A stretch of DNA of 64,000 bases from Ascidiella aspersa. Its lineage: Eukaryota. The stretch lies in NCBI GenBank assembly GCA_963924565.1, contig OZ004608.1, positions 33,852,001 to 33,916,000 on the forward strand. The letters run 5' to 3'. The notes beneath the pieces were generated by a model. That model ran no database searches. It saw nothing but the letters and a program-made list of their open reading frames with translations, and was not told where the DNA came from. Positions 24,501 through 36,500 of this stretch are shown piece after piece. Position numbers and translations under genes: made by a program. How positions within the stretch are numbered: the first letter of the stretch is position 1; each line of letters starts with the position of its first letter.

Positions 24501-27500
24501 ACAAACTGTCAGTATTGAAAGTCAAAACTTTTGAAACAAACATTCTGATCTGATTTTCACCGTGTTTTATCGTTGTAATTGAAAGCGTCTGTACTCTGTC
24601 CGCATAGCGTCTTGCAGTCGTTTTTGTTTTCGCTTTTAACTGAAAACCTCGTGTTTTTTTGTTCATACACTAGCTGCTGACGATGGACGTTAACCCTTAC
24701 GTTTGGGATGAGAGTGCCAACAACGTTCGAACCCCGGTCGTCAGTTTAACGTTCAAACATCATAATACAGGAACAAAGGCGTTTCAAAATTCCAGCAAGT
24801 AAGCTTTACTCTATTTAAGCAAATGTTGACCTCAAACCTTTAGTTAGTAACTGAAGAATGATCTAGCAATGCTAGCGTTAAGGTAAGACACTTTTTAAAG
24901 ATGTTAAAATATATATATAACATATATATATTGCCTGCAAAGAAATGAAGTATTTGAATAAAACATATAGACAGTGCCCAACGAAGTATATAAAAGTGCG
25001 ACATGTTAGTTGTTGATTTAAAATCGAAGTAAACAAATAACTAAGAGCCTGTCTTCTCAAAGTATCTTTGTTGTTTTTTAAATTTATACGAAATATCACC
25101 CCTTAAAAAACATCCCTTTTGCAGTTTTGTTTGTTGAATTCGAAATAAGCCAATTTGTAAATCTTTTTTTTTTATAAATGATGACCACTCTCCGGATTCT
25201 CGTGTCACAATAAGTTAGATTGATTTTGTGTATATTTTTCCAAGGGATTAAAGTACTCTCATGTTAAGCTGTTTTCAAACTAAGCTTACCTCATTTTAGT
25301 AACACTTCTTAAATTAAGTAATATTTTTTTTTTGTATAGTGTATTGTTTGAAGATGTAAAGTTATTAATTCAACCACGCTGTAAAGTTAAATTAATTTTG
25401 TGTACACTTTTTTCGTGGGCTTAATCTTATGGTAGACCAGTTTTCAAACTAAGCTTACTTCATTGCAGTAACGCTTCTTAAAATTGAGTAAAATTTTCCC
25501 TTCAACGTTTACCACCAATTAATATTGCTTAAGGCCCGTTTACACTACAGCTGCACCGAGCGGAGCTGGGCGTAAAAATCGCGACAAAACGTAACGTGTT
25601 TCTATAGCTGCACGGGGCTTGATTTAGCAAAGCGTGAAACGCTCGCCACAATAGAATTTAAATGCAAATTACGCTTTGCTCTGCTCAGTGCAGCTGTAGT
25701 GTAAACGGGCCTTTAGTAACACACTTTTGAGTAATGCATTTGAGCCTATTATGTTACTTCAAATGCAACGTTGTTTCATAGTGTATTGTTTGAAGATGTA
25801 AAGGCAATAATTCAACCACGCTGTAAAGTTAGATTTATTTTTTGTACATTTTTTCATGGACTTGAAGTAATCTTATGGTAAAGTTCTCAAACTAACTTAT
25901 GCTTCATCTCAGTAGCACATCTAAAAACTTATTTTTGCTTAGCGTTTTGCAGGGAAAGAACGTAATGAGTATAAGTTTATGCCAATTTTTATGTTATTTA
26001 TGTAATGTCTTTCGTGTGCATGGTCAAAAATTGTTTTTTTTTTTTAAGCTTAAATTTTCGAAACTTCAGTTAAATGAAGTAAACATTTTTTCCCAGCGTT
26101 TATCGACTTGAGCTTCCTGTTGATCCCGTGCTCTCATCCGCTCCCCCTCAACTTTTCAACTTCACCCCAACCGGCGACCACCAGATGTCCTACCACGAGT
26201 TCACAACTGCAACCAACGATGACGTCACTTTTATCACGATTCTCCCCCAAAACACAAGCGATGACGACATCCGCATGAGGGTCTACTTTCTTCTCACCGA
26301 CAAGTAGGAACTTCTTTTTTTGAATCTTCAATCTGCATAATTAGGCCAATTTAATGATCCATCTCATTTCAATATTGAACCAAAAACTTGTTAAAACTTT
26401 TTAACCAAGATGCATACAGTTTTTTAACTTGGGAACTGTGGATACCCTTCAGTATGGAGTTGTTTGTACCCTACTGATAGGATATAAGTAGATGTTGTCA
26501 TGGTTGTTTCACGACTCGCTTCCCTCTGAGCCTGTTTAGCTCAGTTGGTAGAGCGACGATCCCGGTATGGCCGAGGTCGTGAGTTCGAATCTCACCACAG
26601 GCTAGTTTCACGAACAGGATTCAGCAGGCAACGGTTCTATGGTTGTTTCTCGACTCGTTCCCCACTGAGCCTGTGCAGCTCAGTTGTTAGAGCGACGGTC
26701 CCGGTATGACCGGAGGTCGTGAGTTCGAGTCTCACCACAGGCTAGTTGTTTTTCTAGCCTGCCTTGCATGAATCTCCTTAATTGTTCTACTTATTCGGTT
26801 AGTCTGTGGGAGACTTATGGTGAGCTTTATATGGAAAATGTTGGGTATATTTACTGGTTGAGACGTATTACTACTGAGGTTGGCAGAAGCTGGTATTCGG
26901 TGTACAAGAGGGTTCTACACTTACAATTTATTTGTTTGGAATCATTAGAACACTAATGTTAGTTTCCTTATTCCGGTTGTTGTAATTGTTATATTCATAA
27001 TAGCGAACGAAGTAAAAATACAAATGGAGCTAGCTACCGTCGTGATGTAATGCGCGTTAAATTCAATGCGCGATAAATCTTAACACGACCGCCTTGTTTA
27101 AGGCCATGTCTTACACGTTTAATTGTGGTACATCTACAAGACGTTTCAACACGCCTGAACTCATTGAAAGCAAATATGGGTTAATGTTCATAAAACGTCC
27201 TTTCAGTCATTCAGAGATTCAGAGTGTCGCCTTCAGTAAGACTTGGAGTGATTGAAATGTCAACTACTCTTTAGATGCATTTTTAAACAAATTAAGGATC
27301 ATGTATATACCTTGATAGCCTAATGATTAGGCTAAAATTTCTCAAATTTTATCTAGTTTTATTATCCTTTTTATCTATTGTCAGCAAAACATTGAATCTT
27401 CTATTGCATTGCCAGAATAGGCTACAGCTAATGTTTTTAACATAATTTTTGTTACCGTTTATTTTGTGATCATAGTATGCGGATAACCTTGTAAGTTCAA

Positions 27501-30500
27501 CAAATTGAAACATTTGAAAACCTATAGAAAGCTTTAGAATGGGCGAAATTATTTTAAACAAAGGGGTAGAGATTTTACCTGGGTTCTTTAGCAGACTTTT
27601 GAACGAAACGGATTTGCCCAAAGTTAACGAACTGGTTAAAAAGAACTACAGCTACCAGCATCCTGGTCGACTAATATTTAAAGTTACGAAAGAGGACATT
27701 GGAAATTTTGACATCGTGGCTGTCAGAGAAAACCTTAAGTGCAACGCTTCTCTTGGAACTTTCGCGAAACAAACTGGCGAACTTGTTGCAGTTGAAACTT
27801 GTACAGTAAACGATTTGAAAGAGGGTGACGGTTATTACAGCCACGCTGCTAGCGAAAGAAACGCCGCTGAGATTCGGTTCGTAAAGTCGGTTTTGGGCGA
27901 CGTGTATTCAGACTTGACCACCAGGCGCTACATGTATTGTACCATTGCTTGTGTAAAAGCGGAATATCGGGCACTGGGGCTGTTTTCCGCCCTCGAAGAC
28001 TTGAGAATGGATCTCGCAAGATTGAGGAACTGTGAATATTTCGTTTCGGTTGCCGGTTCGCTCTACACTCAAAAGTACGCCAAAAGCGCAGGCTATTCGG
28101 TAATGAGGGAAGTAAAGTACGCAGACTACGTGGACCCCAAGACTGGGTTAAAACCAGATCTGCAGCTCTCTTCAATCCATACTTCGTGCCAGATGGTTTA
28201 TAAAAAGGTCCCACTTCTTGTCTAAATCAACAAACCCTTCAAAACGAAAATTACAGTTACCGGTTGCTTAAATTATTTTACAAGTATAGGTACCTCATTC
28301 AAACTGTATTTTTAGGCTTGGCTTTATAAGTCTATCTAATAACCCTTAAGCTTGAATATTTTCAGCGTATCTTTAATTTTTGTCCTAGTATCGTTTGCTC
28401 ATATAGACGGTACAGTTCATAATGTCAACTAATGAAAAGCATCTACTCATCATTAAAGACTCCATTTTTTATTGTTTTGTTAATTTATTACATCGTTTTG
28501 TTTCATTGTTGATATACCCGCAAATAAAACATTCAAAATTACTCTAATTCTTATCGAAAACCAACTCAGGAAAGACTCAATCGGTCGAATGAACAGGTTT
28601 TAAGGTAAATGGTACAGTTGAAGTATACTCTACATTTAATTTCGTGTTAGTTTTTTGTCTAATCCCGCGTCCATTTTGTTACTATTTCCACACGTTAGAC
28701 TCGAAACATTTCCTTCGATTGAGAAGACAAAGGCCTTGTAATTTACAGATTTTTGGTCAATAAAAAATCTTTATAAAACTACATACATATAGATTTATAT
28801 ATATGAACGTATACTCGATGGTTTTGGAGTTTTGTTTGAAATGTTTTACACATCTTATAATAGTAAAAACGTAAACAAGGGATTTAATCTCGTTAGTAAT
28901 TAGCCTACCAAAAAAGGAAAAGCGCAATTAAAAAATTGAAAAATTACAATTAAAAAATTGAAAAATTTTCAATTATATACACAGAGTAATACCAAGCGGT
29001 TACTCCTCCTTTTTTTAGGGGAGAATCCAGTGCAACACCGAAGTTTATTCTATTAAAAGGTTCGTCCGGTACATATTACCGGAACTTATTTTCAGTACTA
29101 TGCCTAGTAGCAACAGCATATTTACCGGGATCTATTGTATAGACATGTTGCTTTATCTTCAATTTTTGTGTCGTTGTGCTAAATCTCATTATGTTGTTGC
29201 AATTTGTTACAGACTGGACACGTTTCCTTCTATTGGGAACAACACATTCGTTCGTGAGATTCCGGATCACAGCGACCCAGTAAATCAATTCCGCTTGAGA
29301 ATTAACGGATCCGACATTTCACCAAGCAGTCGATATGTGTTTGGGATACATCAGATCGGTAAATACTTCATTGTGTGTATCGTTACATTTTTTTTATCTG
29401 TTCCTAGTCTTAAGACATTTTAGCTAAATCAATGGCTTTGTATGCTAGTGGCACAAGTTATTCAACGATTTTGCCTTTGAGGGTTATTATTTCATTAACA
29501 TTTCACCAAGCAGTCGATATGTGTTTGGGATACATCAGATCGGTAAATACATCATTGTGTGTATCGTTGCACTTTTGGATCTGTTCCTAGTCTTAAGGCA
29601 TCTCAGCTGAGTTGATGGCTTGTTCGTGCCACAAGTTATTCAACAATTTTTGTTAGTGCCATAAGTATTTAAAGAATTTTATAACCTCAAATGTGAACTT
29701 GGTAATCGCTAGTAGCAAGCACCGCCCTTTAACGTTGCCTCTTACCGCGTCAGTTTGTGGAACTATACTTCTTCATCGTCATAGTAAACACTTGTCCTTT
29801 GGGGCCTTATGCTTGTGGGTTGTACTTAGACGTAGAATGTATGTCATAGCCCATACAGAAGTATAGGTAGCATATGTTAAAAAAGTATAACAATTGATCG
29901 AAACCTTCGAAGTGTGCTATGTGCTTCTGTACAGGCTTTGATATTTATTGTGTAACGCTTTATTCTGATGACTTAAATGCTGAAATACTTAATACTTTTT
30001 AATTTTAGACGATATAGGGAACGTAACGAAAAAGGAAAACGCAACTCTAAAAGCTTACCTCTTGAGCACGGTTATCACTTCGTGTCGGTTTTGGAACGAG
30101 ACAACAGAAAAGTGGGAAACTGCAGGTAGATTAACACAAACAATAACCTTTGAAGCATAACACACAAGTTCAGTAGCATTTAGAATGAAAACATAAAACT
30201 TGATAAACTTAAAATCTTTTCTAGTTTGAAGCGTTTCGCAAATAGCTCAACGAATCGTCACTGTAAAATATTTTTCGTTTTTTTTTCTCGTAGAGGTTTC
30301 ATCGCTTTTAGTGCTATGTGCTTTTCTCTAATGAAAGCGTAAATACTTTTTAAAATGATTAGAAAAAGAGGTAAAACATGTGAATTTTACCCAGATTTTA
30401 ATTAAAATTTAGTCTTTTTAAATAAAAGTTACATTTTGATAACCATGTGGTGTATATACCTTTTTAGGATGCGTGGTGAGTTCTGAATCAACCTCTTCAA

Positions 30501-33500
30501 CTGTTGTTTGCCTCTGCACTCATCTCACATCGTTTGGAGCCGGATTCCTCGTGGCTCCGAATCCCATTGACTTTGCCTCACTCGGAGATAAACTTCAGGT
30601 TTCTAGAGGTTTTCTGTGAAACCGTTAGAGGCGTTCTATTCACTCTTAGTTCTTCTTTAACAGAATTTAAAAGACAACCTGGCCGTTCTGCTCACTCTTG
30701 TGTTTCTGCTTCTGATTTACGTAGTCGGAATAATCGCTTGCAGGAGACAGGACAAAAAAGATGTAAAAAAGGTGAGAAATTTAAAAATGTTTTAATCGTT
30801 TTATTATAGTTTATGCGGATAAATTGGTCTTTCAGAATGTGCCTCGCGGATGACACTCTACCAAACTAAAAGAATTAAAATATGTCTGTTAAAAAACGAA
30901 TCGGTGCTAATGATAGTCACAACAATTTTTAATTTGATTTTAAATCTGTAATGAAACACCGAAAACGATTTTGTGTGAGTTATCATCTTGAAAAACAAAC
31001 AAAACGAAATTGATTTTTGCGTTTTATCTTTCCTTTACTTCAATACATTACTACATAAGTATAGATCAACTTACGAAGCAACTACCGAACCGCATTTTAA
31101 GTCTATATTTCAACACCGGTTTAAAGTTTATTTATTCAATTTTATCTCATCAACATTTAGAAAAAACATTTCAACTTCTTTACTTTTTCTGCTTAACACT
31201 TTAGTTTAAAATAACTTTTGTTTCCCCCACGGATCAACATTAGCAAACTACCGTATTTTATTTATTAATTATTTATCTATCAACCTTAAGATAAGAACAT
31301 ATTTTAATTTCCAGTGGTCAATCGCTTTGCTGATGGACAACAAACTGAACGGCGAGTATTTCTACCAACTTACGATTAAGACCGGGTGGACTCGAGACGC
31401 CGACACCAAAAGTCGAGTTCGGTTCGTACTCAGCGGAGATAAGGCCGACACGAAAGTACGAGTACTCGCCGACTCGCAAGAAACGGTGAGTAGGAACTAA
31501 ACGAGTAATGGTATAGACTCCTAACGCACTAATGTATAGGTTTATGGCGACAACAGATTTATTGCACTTTACAAATATGCAGTCGTTGTATAGCAACGGT
31601 AGTTAACTACCGTCAAGAACTGGGGATTGTGGTTTGATATGCTTGCAATTCTTTTCACGAACACCTTTGCGAACAGTACATGACACACGACACGCTTATT
31701 TATATGCTGAGATAGCTCTAACACACAAGAAGATTCATGCCTTACCAAAGTAAGTCAGCCTGAGCAGGATTAGAGTGCAAGCAAGGCAAGGCTAGAAAAA
31801 CAACTAGCCTGCGGTGAGGTTCGAACTCACGACCTTCGGTCATGTCCGGACCGTCACTCTACCAACTAAGCTACACAGGCTCAGAGGGTAGCAAGTCGAT
31901 AAACAACCATAGCACCGTTGCCTGCTGCATCCTGTTCGTAAACTAGCCTGTGGTGTGAGGTTTGAACTCACGACCTCGGTCGAACCGGGACCGTCGCTCA
32001 ACCAACTGAGCTACACAGGCTCCTGTTTTTGGACGTTAGAGTTTGCCAGTACGTCTGAAGGGCTTGATCACAAAATACAAAATCTGTAGGTGTACGTCTC
32101 AATTGCATTTTTGTTACTCTGTGATAAACTTTGTTATCCTATCAGATTACAAAACGTTAAGTTTACTATAAAGTAGGACTTTTTGACTTTACTGTTACAA
32201 TTTTGATCTTCGTGGAGCCGTGTACCCGTACGCACAAACTACCCTTACGTACTTTGTAACGCCTGTTTTGTCTCAGACTGTCGAAATTATGTTGTCAACA
32301 TCCACCAATATACAATTCCTCTTGTTTCCCTGTCTCTAGGAATTCAGTCGTGGAAGCGTCCGTAAGTTCCTGATGGTGGAGGACCGTCCTCTTGGGATGT
32401 TGAGCTGTATCAAGATCTGGCACGACAACTCCGGAAGTAGATCCCTTGCATCCTGGTTCCTGGATCACATCATCGTAACTGATCTTCAGACCAATAAAAA
32501 GTGATTCTTTAAAACTTTCAAACTCCGTTCCGAAGTTCTGCAAAACGTGAACTGAATTGAACAATCTACTGCATTTTGTAAAACAAAATTTGTTTACATG
32601 GATCAATAAACCTCTAAACCAGGGTTTGTTTTATTTCTGAAAAACTTTATGTCCACCCTGGTCCACTCAAAACAAACTTGTTTTTAGGTTCCAGCGTTAC
32701 TAAAAGTTTAAAAACCCTACTATAGACGAATCATAGGCTGAATGAAATAATCAGTAACCATAGACTGAAACAAGCTGAAAACATCTTTAATTTGAATTAA
32801 AACCTTTTCACTTTTTATAAATAAATGATTTGTTTGGGAAACATATTCAGCTATTGTTTACCAAACGTTATACTTTGTTGATGTTTGTCCACCAATATAA
32901 AATTTATTCCTCTTTGCGTAGGTCTTACCATTAATAGTCCGCAAATAAGCAATGTTGTAAATATGACAAGTGTAAAGTCTCTGTTATCTAGCTCAGTGCT
33001 TCTTAAACATTTTTTAGTTTCGTTCACCCCTAGCATCTATCTCGAGATTTCATTCACCCTTGTGAAAAAAATTAGAATTAATTTTGTTTTTGGAAATTCT
33101 CACCTGTTTACTGAACAGGTTGAACACCGGAATATCCGCCCTACTCGCAAGCTATCGCCTATTTCTGACGGTTCACCGTTATTTACCCCTTTTGGTTGGT
33201 TCACCCCTGCAAAAATTGTATTCACCCTGGGGTGAACCATTTACCTGATTAAGAAACACTGATCTAGCTAACCACGCTATTTGATTCTCGCAGGTTCTAC
33301 TTCATGTGCGATGATTGGTTGGCTGTGGACGAATCAGATGGCAGCGTCGAGAGGTTACTCCCGGTCGCCGGTGACGAGCAGATCGGAAGCTTCAAGAACC
33401 TGTTCACGTCATCTACAAAACGAGACTTTAGTGATGGACATCTCTGGTTTTCACGTAATCATTTATTCCTGGTGTTTTTGTGTGTCAAAAATTTTATTTG

Positions 33501-36500
33501 GTGATAGAATGATTCAGCTATTGTTGTTGAAATGCAGACCAAACATAACAAGAAAAACACCTATTTGTATAATGGGTTATGTTTCAAAATCGTTACATTA
33601 CCTAAATAACAGTTCTGGATTTAACATTGTTCTATTGTTTGAAATGTACTATTATTGCTATACAAATTTAATAAGGCTAAACAATCTAATAATCTATTTT
33701 TCACTGAGCTTGTTATAAGCGGACAAACATAACATTACAGCATTAACAAGTTCAAATATCAGTGATTTTTTACGACCTAATTCTCTTCACTGAACTTTCC
33801 GTAAGCCTAAAGTGAACAAAACACAAATGTCATAAAGAAACCCAATTTAAATAATATGAGGGATGTCTTTGTATTCCTTCCGAGTTTTCTTAAATATTCG
33901 AGCAATCTTGCTCAGAACCAGCTACAATAAATCGTAAATATAAACTAATACAGACTGCGACCCGAACAAATCAACGACGACCCAATTTGGGGTCGCAACC
34001 CATAGGCTGAGAAACCCTGATCTAGTAGTAGGACTGACGACTTGTTTTGATAACCAGCTCTTTGCATGCAAAACTTTTTAATCGTTACTGTATTTGTTAC
34101 CCTCGTGTGATTATTCACATAGACGTAAATGCAAAAAATTTGCTACAAGTGCCGTATATTAGAACCTTAACCGCAACAAGCTTGTCATAATTCGAATATA
34201 CAGCACTTGTAGCCATTTTCGTCCTTCGCTTACTTCTCTATGAATATAATCATTGCTCCGGTATAAGAAATATGGCTGAATATTTGAACCTTAACCGTAA
34301 CAAGGTTGTCATAATGTCATATAACCACTTAAGCACTCATCTTTAAAACGACACCAATTCATAGCCTGCTTCGTCAGGGCGTTTTCTTTACTCTCTCAGG
34401 TATCGCCACCAAGGTTCCTTCTATCTACTTATCACCCTTACGTTTTGTTTCCAGTATTTTCGCGTCCCACCAAGAGCAACTTCACCAGGGTTCAGCGTCT
34501 CTCCTGTGCATTCGTCCTACTACTTTGCACGATGTTGACCAGTGCTATGTTTTACGGAAGAGAAGCAAATGACAGTGGTCAGCAGGGAAGGATCGAAATC
34601 GGTAATCACGTTTCAATTGTGATAAGCCGTTTTTTTATAATTAAGATTTATTCAAAACGTGCAAAAAGATACCTTCTTCTGTATGGTATTTAATATTCGT
34701 ATTACGTCTTACTACAACCTTCAACCATTATGCTCCGTTTTTTGTTAAATCAGTTAAGCTAATAAAGTCATAATATTCGATAAAATCGACATTTCGTTGT
34801 TTACAAACATTCAGGTAATACCTCATGCCATCATCAGTGTAAAAATTCACGATTTGATAATGCTTTACAAATTGCTAAATATTTAGATTTTAAGCCTCGT
34901 TAGGTATGCATTAGGTGCTGATTAATGCGCTTCAAGAGACTAGACCAGTGGTTCTCACCCATTTTTCTTTCGTGGCCCATTTACGTGGCAAAAAATTCTG
35001 TGGCCCAATAAAATTTTTATGAGAGAAAAAGCTTTAAAATAGGTTTAGAACAAAACACAGCAGAACATATTTTAAAACAGATTATTTATTCAACCGTGCA
35101 TTAGTGAGATACTAGCGGCTGAATAATAAATTTACATTCCTTTTTAATTCCTCCTCAAGCCATTATTCCCGTAAAATTAAAAATGACACAAATAAAAATT
35201 AAATCTAGCTTTTTAAATTGGTCTGTGGCCCACCTTAAATGTTCTTATGGCCCACCAGTGAGCCATGGCCCAATAGTTGAGAACCGCTGGACTAGACACT
35301 CTGAATTGCGTTTAAATCTATTTCAGTCACATGATTTGATGATAATACAAGTGAGTATGGAAACGTCTTTATAAAGCTGGTGTTGATTTATTTGACGTAT
35401 TAAGCTGTGACATTCATTTTTTGCTTTCTTGTTGTCATAACTGTGTTCAAAACTTAAGTTGTTAAGATCGATTCAGTAGGATAGCTGATTCAAAGGTAAA
35501 TGAACGATCAGCTTTGGTAAATTTTGGATGTTCTGTCGCACAAAAGCACAGCATGCGAAAATGATTTTGGAAGCCTTTTTTCTGTAAAACTGTGTCAAGT
35601 CCAGAAAACATTCAGCTTGCATTTTTTCAGGCCCGATAAGCTTCACAGTTCAACAACTTCTCATCAGCATTCAGGCCTCTCTCATTGTGATACCTGTCAA
35701 CATTCTGCTTGTCCAGGTAATGGTTCTATTTTGCTTTTCCTAACTAAATGTGTTTGAATTCCACGCAACACTCTTTGGGTCGCATAATAATACGTATTTG
35801 GTATTGTCATAAGACAAAATATTTCGTCATAAATATATATTTCATAATAATTATTAATAAAAAAAATTTCTAAATTTATTCAAAAAAAATTTATATAAAA
35901 AATAAGTCTAATTTTATTTAAGTTTAATGTATCACGTTAAGTCATATTTTTTTGTAATCCAAGACATTTTACGTAATCGTGAAATATAAGTCTAGTTTTG
36001 GAGGGAAATATTTTAAAGGTTTGTGCGGTTCAAATATTGAATTCATTCGAATTAAGATACTGATGCTGCCTTATTTTGTGGCGAAAAGTTTTTTTCGTAA
36101 GAACTTATAAATGACTGATTTTAATTTAGACAGGAAAGTCTAAATAATATTTAATCTTTCTCATCTTACACATTTCAACAGTTGTTTCGAAAAATTCCCC
36201 CGAAATCGACCGAAGTTAACATTTCAAGCAACATTCGAAACATTTTGAACACGTCAGCCCTCGATACACTGACCGAAAATGAAACTGGGAACAAAGACAA
36301 AAGCCCAGGCATAACTAAAACCAGGTTTGCAAATCATTTGATATCAAAAACGTCAATCAAATGAAAAGACTGATACGCAACCATGAATAAACTTATGATT
36401 TGAAAATTAAGGCAGAGCAAGCGTTTGTTTAACTTTTTTTAATAGTTACAAATGCCCAAATGATTAGATGAATTCCTATTTTTTGTTTCGCCGGGACTAA

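Noticed and set aside
25250-25920. Degenerate ~185-bp tandem duplications (similar ones at 21590-21950, 34160-34320, 53262-53580)
   Set aside because: Ordinary intronic duplications with no coding or structural signal seen.
26530-26743. Functional tRNA genes
   Set aside because: Copies diverge from each other, lack U33, have extra nucleotides around the anticodon stem, and share SINE-like flanks and tails.
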